A DNA stretch of 60,988 bases from Nostoc sp. (GCA_036918135.1 JBALDB010000013.1:1-60988); one strand, 5' to 3'; counted from the stretch's first letter, positions 31,939 through 43,959 are shown. A program made the numbers and translations. The notes: a model not told the origin generated them from the letters alone.

Positions 31939-34569
31939 TTATTCTGGTAAACCCTCGACTCGCATCAAATCTAATTCGCGCTCAAATATTTCATCAATGG
32001 GCAACATTTGACCGTCAACAGTCATAAATTTATGGTCTTTCGTGGCACGAATCACAGAACCATCTTCTAAACAATATTCAAACACTTCTTGCTGTCCGCG
32101 ATCGTGCCACTGGGCGACAGGTTGACTATAAACATTACCATTATTATCAACGCTATATACAGTACATTCAATGCCTTTTTCGACAATTTTGCCAATCGGC
32201 AAAAATCCATATTCCACTGTCAATACTTCCGTGTCATAGCTTAAACAATATTCAGCAAACTTCAACATTTGCTCGAATAATTCTTCAGCTACTTGTTTTT
32301 TCACACCATTTTTTGCCGCCCCATCAACGAATTTTTCTCGCTGCTTTTGCATCTCGGAAACTTTCTTTTTACCCATCGCCCGACGCAGCAAGTCAGCTTG
32401 TCCTAAGGAATATCCAGCCATATCCTGAGCAATTTTCATGATTTGCTCTTGATAAACCATGATTCCATAGGTTTCATCTAATATTGGTTCTAAAACATTG
32501 TGTTCGTAATCAATATCTTCTCGGCCGTGTTTGCGGTTAATAAATTTAGGAATCAGTCCCGCATCTAATGGCCCTGGTCGATAAAGTGCCAAAATTGAAG
32601 AAATATCTTCTATATTAGAAGGCTTCAAATCTCGAACTATTTGACGCATTCCAGAAGATTCTAATTGAAATATTCCTTCTAACTCGCCTGCTTCTAATAA
32701 TTCGTAAGTTTTTCTGACTTCGTTAGGTAAAATTGTATGTTCGCCTTTGGCTAATATCCTTTGGGCTTTTCTTTCGTCGCGGGGGATTTCATCTGGGTCA
32801 ATACGGTATCCTTTATTTTCTTCAATTAAATCAAGGGTTTTTTGAATCAGGGTCAGGTTACGTAAACCGAGAAAGTCCATTTTCAACAAACCCATTGATT
32901 CCAAGTCTTCCATGAAATACTGAGTAATCACAGAACCGTCATTATTCTTTTGTAACGGCACAATTTCATCTAATGGTTCGTCTGAAATCACTACACCTGC
33001 TGCATGAACACCAAAGGTTTTATTAGTTCCTTCAATTCGCATCGCCATATCAACCCAATGGCGAACTCTTGGGTCATTATCATATTTTTGTTTAAACTCT
33101 AGTTCTGGAGTTGCATCAGAAATCATCACCTTGAGTTTAGTTGGTTTGCCGCGCACCACAGGAATTAATTTCGCCATTTTGTCAGCTTCCCCGTAAGGAA
33201 TATTTAATACTCTGGCGACATCTTTTAAAACAGCTTTAGAAGTTAGGCGGTTAAAAGTAATAATTTGAGCAACTCTATCTACACCATATTTTTCTGTTAC
33301 ATAATCAATTACTTTATCGCGTTGTTCGATACAGAAATCCGTATCAATATCAGGCATAGATTTCCGTTCTGGGTTCAAAAAGCGCTCAAACAATAACCCA
33401 TGATGTACGGGGTCAATGTTAGTGATTCGCATTGCATAGGCAACTAAAGAACCTGCGGCCGAACCGCGCCCAGGGCCAACAGGAATATTATTATCTCTAG
33501 CAAATTTGATGTAGTCCCATACAACTAAAAAGTATTTGGAAAAACCCATCTGCTGAATCATTTTTAGTTCGTATTCCAATCTTTCTTTGTAGACGGAATC
33601 GACTTCATTGCGGGATTTGCGATTTAATCTTTGTAAAAGTCCGATCCATGCAACTTCTTCAGCATAAGTGTCAGCAGTATGACCAGAGGGAATTGGGGGA
33701 GTAGGAATCTGAGGCTCACCCATAATATGGTAAGGCTCGATTTTATCTGCTACTTCTTCAGTAGTGGCTACAGCTTCTGCAATTACATCATCTGGTAAAT
33801 GGTCGCGAAATAGCTGCTTCATCTCTTCGGCGGATTTCAGATATTCTGTGCCGCTATAACGCATCCGTTTATCTTCACTAATTAACTTGCCAGTTTGAAT
33901 ACATAGCAAAGCATCGTGGGCTTCAACATCAAAACAAGAAATAAAATGGGAATCATTGGTAGCAACAAATTTAATACCTAATTCTCGCGCAATTTTAACT
34001 ATTTCAACATTCACAATTCGGTCTTCTTGGGAACCGTGGTCTTGAATTTCTAAATAATAATCATCACCAAATACATCTTTATACCATTGGGCGACTTTAC
34101 GCGCTGCATCTGGCCTGCCACTAAGAATCGCTTGGGGAATTTCTCCACCCAAACAAGCACTGGTAACAATCAAACCTTCATGATATTCTTTGAGTAAATC
34201 TTTATTAATGCAAGGACGAGAAAAAATTCCTTTACCTTGAACACCTTTGAGATGGGAAATACTAGTTAATTTGACTAAATTTTTATAACCTTTGGTATTT
34301 TTAGCTAAAACAACTTGATGATATCTCGGACGGCGTTCTTGTCTTTCAATATCGCCGTTAATTATATACATTTCGTTACCGAGAATCGGCTTAATATTTT
34401 GACTACGGCAAATTTTGATCAATTCAACTGCGCCATACATGACACCATGATCGGTAAGAGCGATCGCTTTCATTCCCAAGGCGATCGCTCGCTCCACTAA
34501 CTCTGGTAGCTGACTTGCTCCATCAAGCAAACTGTAGTCACTGTGAATATGCAAAGGGACAAAGGACAT
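31939..34569 (-). CDS. dnaE: DNA polymerase III alpha subunit, N-terminal half, fused to split intein N-part
   Basis: PHP motif [26 protein letters not shown]; ends [10 protein letters not shown]...; ATG at 34569 (ORF track from 34587). Confidence 0.97.
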   Translation of the reverse strand: MSFVPLHIHSDYSLLDGASQLPELVERAIALGMKAIALTDHGVMYGAVELIKICRSQNIKPILGNEMYIINGDIERQERRPRYHQVVLAKNTKGYKNLVKLTSISHLKGVQGKGIFSRPCINKDLLKEYHEGLIVTSACLGGEIPQAILSGRPDAARKVAQWYKDVFGDDYYLEIQDHGSQEDRIVNVEIVKIARELGIKFVATNDSHFISCFDVEAHDALLCIQTGKLISEDKRMRYSGTEYLKSAEEMKQLFRDHLPDDVIAEAVATTEEVADKIEPYHIMGEPQIPTPPIPSGHTADTYAEEVAWIGLLQRLNRKSRNEVDSVYKERLEYELKMIQQMGFSKYFLVVWDYIKFARDNNIPVGPGRGSAAGSLVAYAMRITNIDPVHHGLLFERFLNPERKSMPDIDTDFCIEQRDKVIDYVTEKYGVDRVAQIITFNRLTSKAVLKDVARVLNIPYGEADKMAKLIPVVRGKPTKLKVMISDATPELEFKQKYDNDPRVRHWVDMAMRIEGTNKTFGVHAAGVVISDEPLDEIVPLQKNNDGSVITQYFMEDLESMGLLKMDFLGLRNLTLIQKTLDLIEENKGYRIDPDEIPRDERKAQRILAKGEHTILPNEVRKTYELLEAGELEGIFQLESSGMRQIVRDLKPSNIEDISSILALYRPGPLDAGLIPKFINRKHGREDIDYEHNVLEPILDETYGIMVYQEQIMKIAQDMAGYSLGQADLLRRAMGKKKVSEMQKQREKFVDGAAKNGVKKQVAEELFEQMLKFAEYCLSYDTEVLTVEYGFLPIGKIVEKGIECTVYSVDNNGNVYSQPVAQWHDRGQQEVFEYCLEDGSVIRATKDHKFMTVDGQMLPIDEIFERELDLMRVEGLPE
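31942..32247 (-). other. DnaE split intein N-fragment (102 aa)
   Basis: [14 protein letters not shown]...[11 protein letters not shown]...; characteristic cyanobacterial trans-splicing intein. Confidence 0.95.
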
Positions 34570-34741
34570 AAGCGCCTCCAAGCACAAGCCAAAAATATCT
34601 CTAGGGGCTTACCAGATTTTGCAAAGCAACGGGATCTTAGATTAGCAGTTTTTAAGCAAAAATAAAGCTATTGTTTTTCCGGATTTGTTACTGTCATAAA
34701 TGTTGTTTTAATAGTTACAGCAGTTAAGCCGCATCTAACCA

Positions 34742-36034
34742 ATGAGTCATCCAGACAGCACTACTTCGTCTGAAACCAAAGCTAAGCCTTGGTGGCAGCG
34801 TATTCCTCTGACGTTACAAATTGTTATCGCCCTAGTAGCCGCCATTAGCGTCGGAATTGCCCTTGGTGCAGGAAATCCCAGTCCCAGCAACGCCGCCCTC
34901 ATCGATAATTTAGCAATTCCGGCTGAGTTGGTGCTAAAGGCTCTGCGTGCCTTAGCTACACCCCTAATTTTAGTAGCGGTACTGCATACTTTAATGACTA
35001 CGAATATTCCTGGTACGGCTGGACGACGGCTATTTGTGCTACTTTTAAGTAATACTACCGTAGCTATATTAGTCGGACTTTTTGTCGCAAACGTTCTGCG
35101 TCCGGGAACCTGGGGCAATGTAGTCACCTCAACAACTACACAAATAACAGGTCAAAGTCTTGACCCTTGGGGATTAATCAAAGATGCAGTACCGGAAGCA
35201 GTCCTCAAGCCCTTAGTTGATAATAATGTGATTCAGCTGATTGTAATTGCCTTGAGTTTTGGCATTGTGCTGCGGGGATTAAAATCCGAACAAATTGCCC
35301 AAGGTAAGAATGCATATCAGCCGATTGAGGATGTCATCGGGATTTTGTTTGAAGCGGTAGTCCGCATCCTCAACTGGGTAATTGCCTTGGTGCCATTTGC
35401 AGTCTTTGGGATTGTGGCTAAAACTGTTGCCAAAGAGGGTTTTGCCCCCTTTCAATCTTTAGGCGCATTCATTATAGCGGTGCTGCTAGCACTAGCATTA
35501 CAAGCGTGTTACTACCTCACCAGAGTCAAATTCGGTTCTTGGGTACAGCCTTTAAAATTTCTCGCTGGTGGTTCTGATGCCTTTTTGACAGCTTTCTCGA
35601 CTTCTTCCTCTGCGGCTGCAATGCCCGTAACCTTTGAGGTTTTGCAAACAAAAATCGGTTTAAGAGAATCTTCTGCTGCCTTAGGGGCATTAGTTGGAGC
35701 AAATTTTAATAATGATGGTACTGCCCTTTATGAAGCCATGTCTGCATTGTATATTTCCCAACTAATTGGGCAACATTTGAGTTTGGGACAGCAAGTAATC
35801 GTCATTCTCACCTCAATTTTTGCATCTGTAGGTGCAGCAAATATTCCTAATGCTGGACTAGTAACAATGACACTGGTGTTTACTTCTGTAGGTTTACCTA
35901 CTCAGTACATAGCTTTGCTAGTGACCGTAGACTGGTTTTTGGATCGTTGCCGTACAGCGATTAATGTTATGGGAGACATGACCGTAAGTACTTTACTGGA
36001 CGGTAAAAAGCCCCGTTATGTAGACGAGGCTTAA
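34742..36034 (+). CDS. Dicarboxylate/amino acid:cation symporter (DAACS)
   Basis: TAFSTSSSAA, NFNNDGT and DWFLDRCRT motifs. Confidence 0.93.
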   Translation: MSHPDSTTSSETKAKPWWQRIPLTLQIVIALVAAISVGIALGAGNPSPSNAALIDNLAIPAELVLKALRALATPLILVAVLHTLMTTNIPGTAGRRLFVLLLSNTTVAILVGLFVANVLRPGTWGNVVTSTTTQITGQSLDPWGLIKDAVPEAVLKPLVDNNVIQLIVIALSFGIVLRGLKSEQIAQGKNAYQPIEDVIGILFEAVVRILNWVIALVPFAVFGIVAKTVAKEGFAPFQSLGAFIIAVLLALALQACYYLTRVKFGSWVQPLKFLAGGSDAFLTAFSTSSSAAAMPVTFEVLQTKIGLRESSAALGALVGANFNNDGTALYEAMSALYISQLIGQHLSLGQQVIVILTSIFASVGAANIPNAGLVTMTLVFTSVGLPTQYIALLVTVDWFLDRCRTAINVMGDMTVSTLLDGKKPRYVDEA

Positions 36035-36167
36035 GCAAGTCAAAAGTTAAAAGTTAAAAGAATGAAACTGAATTCTAGTAGCAAATTTGCTACATAAGTT
36101 TTACAAATTAAATGTGCAAAGGCTTAGTTTGGCAGCTTTGAGTTAAATGTTGCAGCTTTTGATGTAG

Positions 36168-36347
36168 CTAATGCTGCTGAGGCCCTTTGGCGTCACATTC
36201 TTTAGTCCAGCAGCGTTCTAGAAGTTGAAGACGCCAGATCAATGCAAAGTGATGGGGATTCAATACTAATTTAGTATCACGACTAAATAAGGGCTGGTTC
36301 AGATATTGCCAAAGAGGAAATTTAATTTTGATGTGTTTTGGAGTCAT
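36168..36347 (-). CDS. Small hypothetical protein, 59 aa (absent from ORF track)
   Basis: MTPKHIKIKFPLWQYLNQPLFSRDTKLVLNPHHFALIWRLQLLERCWTKECDAKGPQQH; clean ATG-TAG ORF in otherwise AT-rich DNA. Confidence 0.7.
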   Translation of the reverse strand: MTPKHIKIKFPLWQYLNQPLFSRDTKLVLNPHHFALIWRLQLLERCWTKECDAKGPQQH

Positions 36348-36775
36348 AAGAACGACAAATATTATAAAAGTTTAGTGAGCATAGTTGACATTTTCTCTAG
36401 TAACTAATTGATACTGTTTTTCTAGTTAAAGGCTACACTGGGTTTTTACAATTGTCTTGGTGGCAATTGCGGAAATTCAATAAGTGAATTATGTTGTTTC
36501 CGCTTTAATACTTAAATTCGACCTGACTTTTGATTTTTATCTGCAAAACCTCTATTTGAATCTCTCCCCTCTAAGTCATCGATTAGCTAATTTTTCTTAA
36601 TATATATGAGAGTAATAACTCACTAACAGTTATTAAGACAATAAGCAAGAGGCAAGAAGCACTCTTGCAATTAATCTTCTTTTATTGCTGCCTCTATGAG
36701 TAAGTTCAAAAATAAAATAGGAGTCTTATAACTCAATACACTTGAGTTAAGAATTTTAGGTATTGATTTTGGCAT

Positions 36776-36803
36776 GTAGAGACACAAAATTTCGTGTCTC
36801 TAC
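36776..36803. repeat. GTAG-type REP-like hairpin
   Basis: GTAGAGACAC-AAAATTTC-GTGTCTCTAC. Confidence 0.75.
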
Positions 36804-37066
36804 TGAATATTATTATCTTATAGGTTTGTTTTTAATTCAATAAGAACCTAGTTTTGAAGATAATTATTAGTGTTAGTTTGTCAAATGTATGTAACGCCTC
36901 GTATTGAAGATGATTTGTTAAATAAAGGTTTGAAAATTGTTAAGAAAGATGTAAATAAAGAATAGCCTAGCAGGGCAGAGGCTTTGACTTTATTCTCCTA
37001 CCAGGTATACAAATCTGTGTAGAAAATCAAAATCGTGGAATATTTTGCCAAATCAAGTCTATTTAT

Positions 37067-37837
37067 TTAAGGAAACTTCCGTTCTCGGACTTCTAAGGCA
37101 TAATCTTGCACGGCTTTAGTAATCGTCTGTCGCAAATTGGTGTAAACCTTGGCAAATGGAGGATTCTTTTCTGCAAGACCGAGTACATCCGAGGTAACTA
37201 AAACCTGGCCGTCACAGTGAGGCCCTGCACCAATACCGATTGTGGGAATGGTAAGTTTTTGGGTAATTTGCATTGCCAAATCTGCGGGTATATGTTCTAA
37301 TACGATAGCAAAAGCACCAGCTTGTTCGAGGGCGATCGCTTCATTTAAAATTCTCTCACTCGTTTCGTGAGTTTTACCTTGTTGTCGCAAACCAAGTTGA
37401 TGTAATGATTGTGGCGTCAAACCGACATGACCCATGACTGGAATTCCAGCTTGCACCAAACGAGCCACAGTCTTCACCATTTCTGGATAACCACCCTCTA
37501 ACTTGACACCTTGCGCTCCCGTCTCTTTCAAAACTCTACCAGCTGAATGTATTGCTTGTTTGATACTTTCCTGGTATGACAAAAACGGTAAATCAACCAG
37601 TAAAAAGGCGCGTTTAACTCCTCGACGTACAGCTTTGGCATGGTAGATCATCTCATCTAAAGTTATGGGCAGAGTTGTTTCATACCCTAAAACTACTGCC
37701 ATCGAGTCACCTACAAGGATTATGTCTACACCAGCTGCGTCGAGGAGTTGGGCGATCGCATAATCCCAAGCGGTCAACGCCACAATTGAACGTCCCTGTT
37801 GTTTCCATTGAATTAATTGCTGGGTAGTGATTGCCAT
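37067..37837 (-). CDS. panB: 3-methyl-2-oxobutanoate hydroxymethyltransferase
   Basis: [18 protein letters not shown] and GIGAG...DGQVLV motifs. Confidence 0.96.
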   Translation of the reverse strand: MAITTQQLIQWKQQGRSIVALTAWDYAIAQLLDAAGVDIILVGDSMAVVLGYETTLPITLDEMIYHAKAVRRGVKRAFLLVDLPFLSYQESIKQAIHSAGRVLKETGAQGVKLEGGYPEMVKTVARLVQAGIPVMGHVGLTPQSLHQLGLRQQGKTHETSERILNEAIALEQAGAFAIVLEHIPADLAMQITQKLTIPTIGIGAGPHCDGQVLVTSDVLGLAEKNPPFAKVYTNLRQTITKAVQDYALEVRERKFP

Positions 37838-37861
37838 TGCCAATTTTAGATTTTAGATTTT

Positions 37862-37980
37862 GCGAAAAGTCGGAGCGCCGGCTTCCGGCGATCTGAACTT
37901 TTAAAGACGGATTTTGGATGTTTTGTCCTCTCTTACAAAGTTCTGCTCGGAGGAAACCTCCGCTCAGACTTTGCGCTTTG
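37862..37980. repeat. Inverted pair of ~47-nt hairpin repeats in the panB upstream region
   Basis: 37862-37908 (+) and ~37929-37977 (-) share the layout AAAGTC.GAGCG-stem-loop-GAACTTT; a third copy at 6943-7047. Confidence 0.7.
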
Positions 37981-38033
37981 TCATTAGTCATTTATCATTT
38001 GCTAAGGATAGAAGACAAAGGACAAATAACTAA

Positions 38034-39140
38034 TCATTTAACAGCACGAGTGAAAGCAAGATGGGGTTTCGCACTGCTCATTTTAGGCATTAACCAAGCT
38101 AGACCTTCACTAGTACCAATCCACAATTTATTGCCGATGTCAGGTGCAAGGGCAAGAATTCGACTAGAAGGAAGTCCAGCAACTTCGGCGTCTAATACAG
38201 CTCCGGTATTTGGATTCAATCGTAACAAACCATCGTGAGTCCCGACCCAGACACTACCATCTTTAGCAAAACTTACTGCTGTGACGTTACGCCCACGCAA
38301 CCGCGTTACAGACCGCAACACTGCACCTGTTTTCGGGTTAATAACTAGTAAATTATTCGGCATTCCCGCCCAAATCAACCCTTCTGGACTGATAGCTAAG
38401 GCTTGAACAGTGGTTCCTGGTAAATCTGCGATTCGCTTCATAATTGCAGCACTGGCAGTATTAACCCGCACTATCCCATCAAGAGTGCCAACCCACAGGT
38501 GACCTTCAGCATCTAAAGTCAAGGTATTAGCACTGACACCAGGCAGATTTTTTAATGTTGTCATAATCAAGCCCTGGTCGGGACTAATTAGGGCTAAACC
38601 ACTGTCAGTTCCAGCCCATAAATAACCCCGTTTGTCAACTAACAGCGACAACACTCGTCTAGAAGGCAAAAATAAATTCTGCGCGGTAATTTCGCTGGTG
38701 CGGGGATCTACTCGCATCAGTCCCCCGTAACTTCCCACCCATAGACGTCCTACTTTATCTTGGGCTAAAGCACCAATCGTAACATTCGGTAAACTCACAC
38801 GAGAAACAATCTTGCCAGTTTTCGGATCGATCCGCGATAGTCCTCGCCAAGAACCTACCCAAAGATTACCTGTAACATCTGCTAGTAAGTTAGCGACACG
38901 ATAATCGGTTTGTGGGGAATTTTCTTGGACTCCTCGCTCATCTGGTAAAGGATCTACTCGCGGAGGCGGTGGTGAAGATGAGTAAGCAGGGGTTAAATCA
39001 GATGAATTAATGTCAGGGGTTTTTTGTGCCCATCCCATACTCGGTAGAGTTATTGACCCCAGCAAGATAGAAGTAATCAATAAACTAGTACGCTTGCAAA
39101 ACAATACCACGGTGACATTTCCTTTGAAGACAGTACCCAT
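38034..39140 (-). CDS. Secreted beta-propeller protein (two-component regulator propeller-type repeats)
   Basis: Signal peptide; repeated D..G.LWVG(S/T)..GL motifs; true start may be slightly downstream. Confidence 0.8.
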   Translation of the reverse strand: MGTVFKGNVTVVLFCKRTSLLITSILLGSITLPSMGWAQKTPDINSSDLTPAYSSSPPPPRVDPLPDERGVQENSPQTDYRVANLLADVTGNLWVGSWRGLSRIDPKTGKIVSRVSLPNVTIGALAQDKVGRLWVGSYGGLMRVDPRTSEITAQNLFLPSRRVLSLLVDKRGYLWAGTDSGLALISPDQGLIMTTLKNLPGVSANTLTLDAEGHLWVGTLDGIVRVNTASAAIMKRIADLPGTTVQALAISPEGLIWAGMPNNLLVINPKTGAVLRSVTRLRGRNVTAVSFAKDGSVWVGTHDGLLRLNPNTGAVLDAEVAGLPSSRILALAPDIGNKLWIGTSEGLAWLMPKMSSAKPHLAFTRAVK

Positions 39141-39344
39141 AGCCGTTATCTAAACTGGCTTTTGGTTAACTTCAGTGTTCCCCTAGCTGAGATTTTTTAA
39201 ACAGTCCTCAATCCCCGGCCCCCACACCATTTATGACATTTTGTAAATCTTTCTTAACAAAATGTTTAAATCTTTATGAAATAACAAATTTAAATAAATA
39301 AGTTAAAAACTTTCAAAGAAAAACTTATTCAATTCTTGATATAT

Positions 39345-39360
39345 TGTGAAACAAGCTACA
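39345..39360 (+). promoter_or_regulatory. Putative NtcA site in the rbcL promoter region
   Basis: TGTGAAACAAGCTACA (GTG-N8-TAC) about 510 bp upstream of rbcL, consistent with the long rbcL leader and NtcA repression known in Anabaena. Confidence 0.6.
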
Positions 39361-39871
39361 AATTACGTGGTGTGCAATTCTTTGATCTTTTCCTTATCAC
39401 TGTGCTAAATCTCTGTCAAGTAAATTCTTTTCTGGTATCTTTCCCGATCTAGAGGGAGAGATAAAAGGAGTATGGAGGCGGGAATCTATGCCAGCTAGCC
39501 CAATCCTCTGAATATCCCAGTTTATAAGAGAATTATCTAAATGCTGCCTGCAAAGTGCGGAAGTTTTGGTGAATTGAGAAGGTTTAGTCGGGTGCGAGAA
39601 ACAGATAAAAAAGAATTTTGATGTGTGGGCAAAGGTAAAGAGTAGAAGCGCTAGGTCGTCTACCTCTAGAAGGGGAGAATACTGGTAAGTAGGGTTACCA
39701 CCGTTACCAAAGTATCCGCCGCCAAAAACTGCTAACCTCTGCTAAAGGCAACTCATAACAAAAATTTTTCCTGATTTTCTCCCTGCTCAAGGGGGAAAGA
39801 GCGGGGTGAAGGAAAGTTGCACGGTACGTGATTTGATAAGTAAAAAGAGTGACTTGTGGGAAGGATAAAAT

Positions 39872-41302
39872 ATGTCTTACGCTCAAACGAGGACTCAGAG
39901 CAAATCTGGGTATCAAGCCGGGGTTAAAGATTACAGATTAACTTATTACACCCCCGATTACACACCTAAAGATACAGACATTCTTGCTGCATTCCGGATG
40001 ACTCCTCAGCCTGGAGTTCCACCCGAAGAAGCAGGTGCTGCTGTAGCTGCTGAGTCTTCCACTGGTACCTGGACCACCGTATGGACAGACTTGCTCACCG
40101 ACCTAGATCGCTACAAAGGTCGTTGCTACGACATCGAACCCGTTTCTGGTGAAGATAACCAGTACATTGCTTATGTTGCTTATCCTCTAGATTTGTTTGA
40201 GGAAGGCTCTGTAACCAATATGTTGACCTCAATTGTAGGTAACGTGTTTGGTTTTAAAGCTCTGCGGGCACTACGTCTAGAAGACTTGCGGATTCCTGTA
40301 GCTTACCTAAAGACCTTCCAAGGCCCTCCCCACGGTATTCAAGTTGAGCGTGACAAGTTAAACAAATACGGTCGTCCTTTGCTGGGTTGTACAATTAAGC
40401 CCAAATTGGGTTTGTCAGCTAAGAACTACGGACGCGCTGTATACGAGTGCTTACGCGGTGGTTTGGACTTCACCAAAGACGACGAAAACATCAACTCAGC
40501 ACCATTCCAAAGATGGCGCGATCGCTTTTTATTCGTAGCTGAAGCAATCCACAAAGCCCAAGCTGAAACCGGTGAAATCAAAGGTCACTACCTGAACGTT
40601 ACCGCTCCCACCTGCGAACAAATGTTGCAACGGGCTGAGTATGCTAAAGAACTCAAAATGCCCATCATCATGCATGACTACCTAACCGCAGGTTTCACCG
40701 CTAACACCACATTGGCTCGTTGGTGTCGTGATAATGGTCTGTTGCTGCATATCCACCGCGCTATGCACGCCGTAATCGACCGTCAAAAGAACCACGGTAT
40801 CCACTTCCGCGTTTTGGCTAAGACTCTACGGATGTCTGGTGGCGACCACATCCACACCGGCACCGTTGTTGGTAAGCTGGAAGGTGAGCGGGGAATCACA
40901 ATGGGCTTCGTTGACCTGTTACGCGAAAACTATGTTGAGCAAGACAAGTCTCGCGGTATTTACTTCACCCAAGACTGGGCTTCTATGCCTGGTGTAATGG
41001 CAGTTGCTTCTGGTGGTATCCACGTATGGCACATGCCTGCACTAGTAGAAATCTTCGGCGATGACTCCGTACTGCAATTCGGTGGTGGTACACTCGGTCA
41101 CCCTTGGGGTAACGCACCTGGTGCAACCGCTAACCGCGTAGCGCTAGAAGCTTGTATCCAAGCTCGTAACGAAGGACGTAATTTGGCTCGTGAAGGTAAC
41201 GATGTTATCCGCGAAGCCGCTAAGTGGTCTCCTGAATTGGCCGTTGCTTGCGAACTGTGGAAAGAAATTAAGTTCGAGTTTGAAGCAATGGATACCGTCT
41301 GA
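39872..41302 (+). CDS. rbcL: RuBisCO large subunit (form IB)
   Basis: [10 protein letters not shown] active-site motif; full length, 476 aa. Confidence 0.99.
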   Translation: MSYAQTRTQSKSGYQAGVKDYRLTYYTPDYTPKDTDILAAFRMTPQPGVPPEEAGAAVAAESSTGTWTTVWTDLLTDLDRYKGRCYDIEPVSGEDNQYIAYVAYPLDLFEEGSVTNMLTSIVGNVFGFKALRALRLEDLRIPVAYLKTFQGPPHGIQVERDKLNKYGRPLLGCTIKPKLGLSAKNYGRAVYECLRGGLDFTKDDENINSAPFQRWRDRFLFVAEAIHKAQAETGEIKGHYLNVTAPTCEQMLQRAEYAKELKMPIIMHDYLTAGFTANTTLARWCRDNGLLLHIHRAMHAVIDRQKNHGIHFRVLAKTLRMSGGDHIHTGTVVGKLEGERGITMGFVDLLRENYVEQDKSRGIYFTQDWASMPGVMAVASGGIHVWHMPALVEIFGDDSVLQFGGGTLGHPWGNAPGATANRVALEACIQARNEGRNLAREGNDVIREAAKWSPELAVACELWKEIKFEFEAMDTV

Positions 41303-41333
41303 TCTTGAAGTTAAAAGTTAAAAGGTAAAAGGT

Positions 41334-41421
41334 GAGCCACTGCGTTGGACGGGTTCCCAAGGCAGTCCAGTCTTGGTGGTTTCCCCAAAGAGGAACTGCC
41401 GTCGGCTTGAAGCAAGTGGCG
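41334..41421 (+). mobile_element. 44-nt hairpin element with a second family copy nested inside (41359-41402)
   Basis: GAGCCACT...GTTCCC[AAGGCAGT...ACTGCCGT]CGGCTTGAAGCAAGTGGCG. Confidence 0.8.
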
Positions 41422-41466
41422 AACCCGAAAGGTAAAGGAAAATAGCAATTTCTTCTTTTTACTTTT

Positions 41467-41494
41467 GTACAGACGCGATTAATCGCGTCTCTAC
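41467..41494. repeat. REP-like palindrome in the rbcL-rbcX spacer
   Basis: Perfect core AGACGCGATTAATCGCGTCT within TACTTTT heptamers. Confidence 0.85.
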
Positions 41495-41530
41495 TTTTTA
41501 CTTTTTACTTTGTTTGGGCTGGGGTCAAGT

Positions 41531-41926
41531 ATGAATATTAAGCAAATTGCGAAGGACACAGCTAAGACTCTCCAACGCTACCTGACATATCAGGCGCTAA
41601 AGACAGTACTGGCACAGCTAGGTGAAACAAATCCACCGTTGGGAATTTGGCTGCATAACTTTTCAGCCGACAAAATCCACGATGGAGAAGTATATATTGA
41701 GCAACTGTTCCGAGAAAAGCCAGATTTGGCATTGCGGATTATGACTGTTAGAGAACACATTGCCGAAGAAATCACAGAATTTTTACCGGAAATGGTTCGC
41801 TCTGGCATTCAGCAAGCCAATATGGAACAGCGTCGCCAGCATTTAGAACGCATCACGCAAATCAATTTATCGAACCCCAGTCTACACCCAGAACAGCAAA
41901 CAACTTCAGAGCCAAGCAATGAATAG
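41531..41926 (+). CDS. rbcX: RuBisCO assembly chaperone
   Basis: KQIAKDTAKTL..YLTYQA, LALRIMTVRE; located between rbcL and rbcS. Confidence 0.97.
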   Translation: MNIKQIAKDTAKTLQRYLTYQALKTVLAQLGETNPPLGIWLHNFSADKIHDGEVYIEQLFREKPDLALRIMTVREHIAEEITEFLPEMVRSGIQQANMEQRRQHLERITQINLSNPSLHPEQQTTSEPSNE

Positions 41927-42012
41927 TCAGTAGTTAACAGCGAAGCGATCGCTTTTTCGCTAATAACTGCTGACTGATAACTAAAGTCAACCGCAACCCA
42001 TTATCATCAACC

Positions 42013-42342
42013 ATGCAAACTTTACCAAAAGAGCGTCGTTACGAGACCCTTTCTTATTTGCCTCCTCTTTCTGATGCTCAAATTGCTAAGCAAGTCCAGT
42101 ACATTCTGAATCAAGGTTACATTCCAGCGGTTGAATTTAACGAAACTTCTCAGCCAACCGAATTTTTCTGGACAATGTGGAAACTACCTTTGTTCGGTGC
42201 TAGATCTACTCAAGAAGTACTGAATGAAGTTCAATCTTGCCGTTCTCAATATAGCAACTGCTACATTCGCGTTGTGGGTTTTGACAACATCAAGCAGTGC
42301 CAAGTTCTCAGCTTTATCGTTCACAAACCCAGCAGATACTAA
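42013..42342 (+). CDS. rbcS: RuBisCO small subunit
   Basis: [19 protein letters not shown] and YIRVVGFDN motifs. Confidence 0.99.
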   Translation: MQTLPKERRYETLSYLPPLSDAQIAKQVQYILNQGYIPAVEFNETSQPTEFFWTMWKLPLFGARSTQEVLNEVQSCRSQYSNCYIRVVGFDNIKQCQVLSFIVHKPSRY

Positions 42343-42391
42343 AAACTAAAAGGTAAAAGCTAAAGCTTAGTACCTTTGAAGTTGATTGATT

Positions 42392-42424
42392 AAGAGAGGT
42401 AAAATTAATTGCCTCTCTTCTTTT
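42392..42424 (+). terminator. Intrinsic terminator after rbcS
   Basis: AAGAGAGGT...GCCTCTCTT hairpin plus T tract. Confidence 0.65.
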
Positions 42425-42508
42425 ATTGAAGGTAAAATGCTTATTTACTTTTCTTCACACAGTTTGGTTTTATTGTGCCGACTTACTTAGACAAATAATA
42501 AATGACAA

Positions 42509-43909
42509 TTAAACTTCAATTGCCATTTCTTTATCCTCATTCTTTGGCTGCGAACTCAGTCGATCTAAAATTTCTAAAATCTCTTGTTCAAAAGCGACTT
42601 GGGCGCGATTGGTTTTACCACCGACATATAAGCGATCGCCTTTTTGTAATGCCCAAATCTGGGAGTGGGAAAAGTAACTCATCACCACACCCAACATGAG
42701 TAAAGCAAATCCTGAATAAACAATTGGTATACCTGGGTCGGCTTTGATTTGTAAGCCGGTGCTACCAATTACATCGATTATTTTCAACTTCACGCCATTG
42801 ACTTCGGCAGACATGCCGGCGCGTATAGTATTAATTAGTTTGCCTTTGACATCATAAATTAATACCATTCCTTGCAAGTCTTTGGCTAACACAGAAACAC
42901 CTTCGCTCAAATCTGGTTTAGTCGGAATCCAGCTTCCCCAAATCGCACCTTGACCGTTGGTGTTTAACTTGACCATTGGTAGCTGAAAAACTGGGCTGTT
43001 ATTAAATTGGACGCGCACAGCTGCAATTCCCCAGTCAGTTTGGTAGAAAGTTACGCCATGATAGCGTAGAGGTTGGTTGACAAAAATCTTTTTGCGGTCA
43101 ACTTCTTCTCCTTGATTATTTAAGACAGATAAATTTGAATAAAATTGATTAATACCTCCAGTTGGAGTGTAATCAATCCAAAAACGATTGACTCGCACAG
43201 ACCAATCTTTTGGCACTTGGGGTGCTGCTAAAGGGCCAGCATCTATAATATTTTTCACCTGAAATGTATCGCCACTGGCTACCATTTCCTGAGCAATAAA
43301 TCCAGTCATTGCTCCCCAAATTCCCCCAAGCAGAATAGTGACGATGCCAATATGCACAATAATTGGCCCAATGCGTCCGATTATTCCTTTGCGGGCGTAT
43401 AACAAATTTTCTTTTTCTGGATCGGAAAAAATTTTATAGCGGCGATTTTGCAATATTTGGTTAAGAGAATTAAGAGAACCAGTATCTAATTCTGCACTTA
43501 AAGCTAGTTTTTTAAATTGCCGTGCCTCTTCATAATATTTCCAGCGTTGGGCTGCTTTTAAGGCTGGTAACTGACGGCTAAAAGAACAAGCAGTTAAGCT
43601 GGTACCAAATAAAATGAGTAATGCTAAAAACCACCAAGTCCGATATACATGGTCTAAGCCAACTACTTGAATTACTTTCCAGCTTAAGAAACCAAATAAT
43701 GCTGGATGTTCTGGATAATTAGCTTGGTAAAATGCAGGTGACTGCCCTTGCTCAATTATAGTACCAGTGGCACTAAAAATTGCAATCAATAATAGTAGAA
43801 CGATCGCCAGTCGTAAATCTGTCAGTACAGGCAAAAACTCTCGGCGGAAATATTGCCCAGGTACAGCCCACCAACTGATTTTTTGGGAAGTGGAATCTTC
43901 TAAAGTCAT
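42509..43909 (-). CDS. ccs1: Cytochrome c biogenesis protein Ccs1/CcsB (ResB family)
   Basis: DLRLAI, GTIIEQ, GPIIVH, VNQPL, YQTDW and GLQIKADPG motifs. Confidence 0.93.
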   Translation of the reverse strand: MTLEDSTSQKISWWAVPGQYFRREFLPVLTDLRLAIVLLLLIAIFSATGTIIEQGQSPAFYQANYPEHPALFGFLSWKVIQVVGLDHVYRTWWFLALLILFGTSLTACSFSRQLPALKAAQRWKYYEEARQFKKLALSAELDTGSLNSLNQILQNRRYKIFSDPEKENLLYARKGIIGRIGPIIVHIGIVTILLGGIWGAMTGFIAQEMVASGDTFQVKNIIDAGPLAAPQVPKDWSVRVNRFWIDYTPTGGINQFYSNLSVLNNQGEEVDRKKIFVNQPLRYHGVTFYQTDWGIAAVRVQFNNSPVFQLPMVKLNTNGQGAIWGSWIPTKPDLSEGVSVLAKDLQGMVLIYDVKGKLINTIRAGMSAEVNGVKLKIIDVIGSTGLQIKADPGIPIVYSGFALLMLGVVMSYFSHSQIWALQKGDRLYVGGKTNRAQVAFEQEILEILDRLSSQPKNEDKEMAIEV

Positions 43910-43959
43910 TACTTACATGGGATAATTAATATACAATATTCAGACTTCTGATTTGTTAG

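Noticed and set aside
36734..36906. CAATAC...GTATTG-bounded MITE
   Set aside because: Only 6 bp of clear terminal match, no target duplication, no second copy in the window
37707..38238. 94-aa and 106-aa ORFs around the panB start
   Set aside because: Overlap real genes and read through repeat elements
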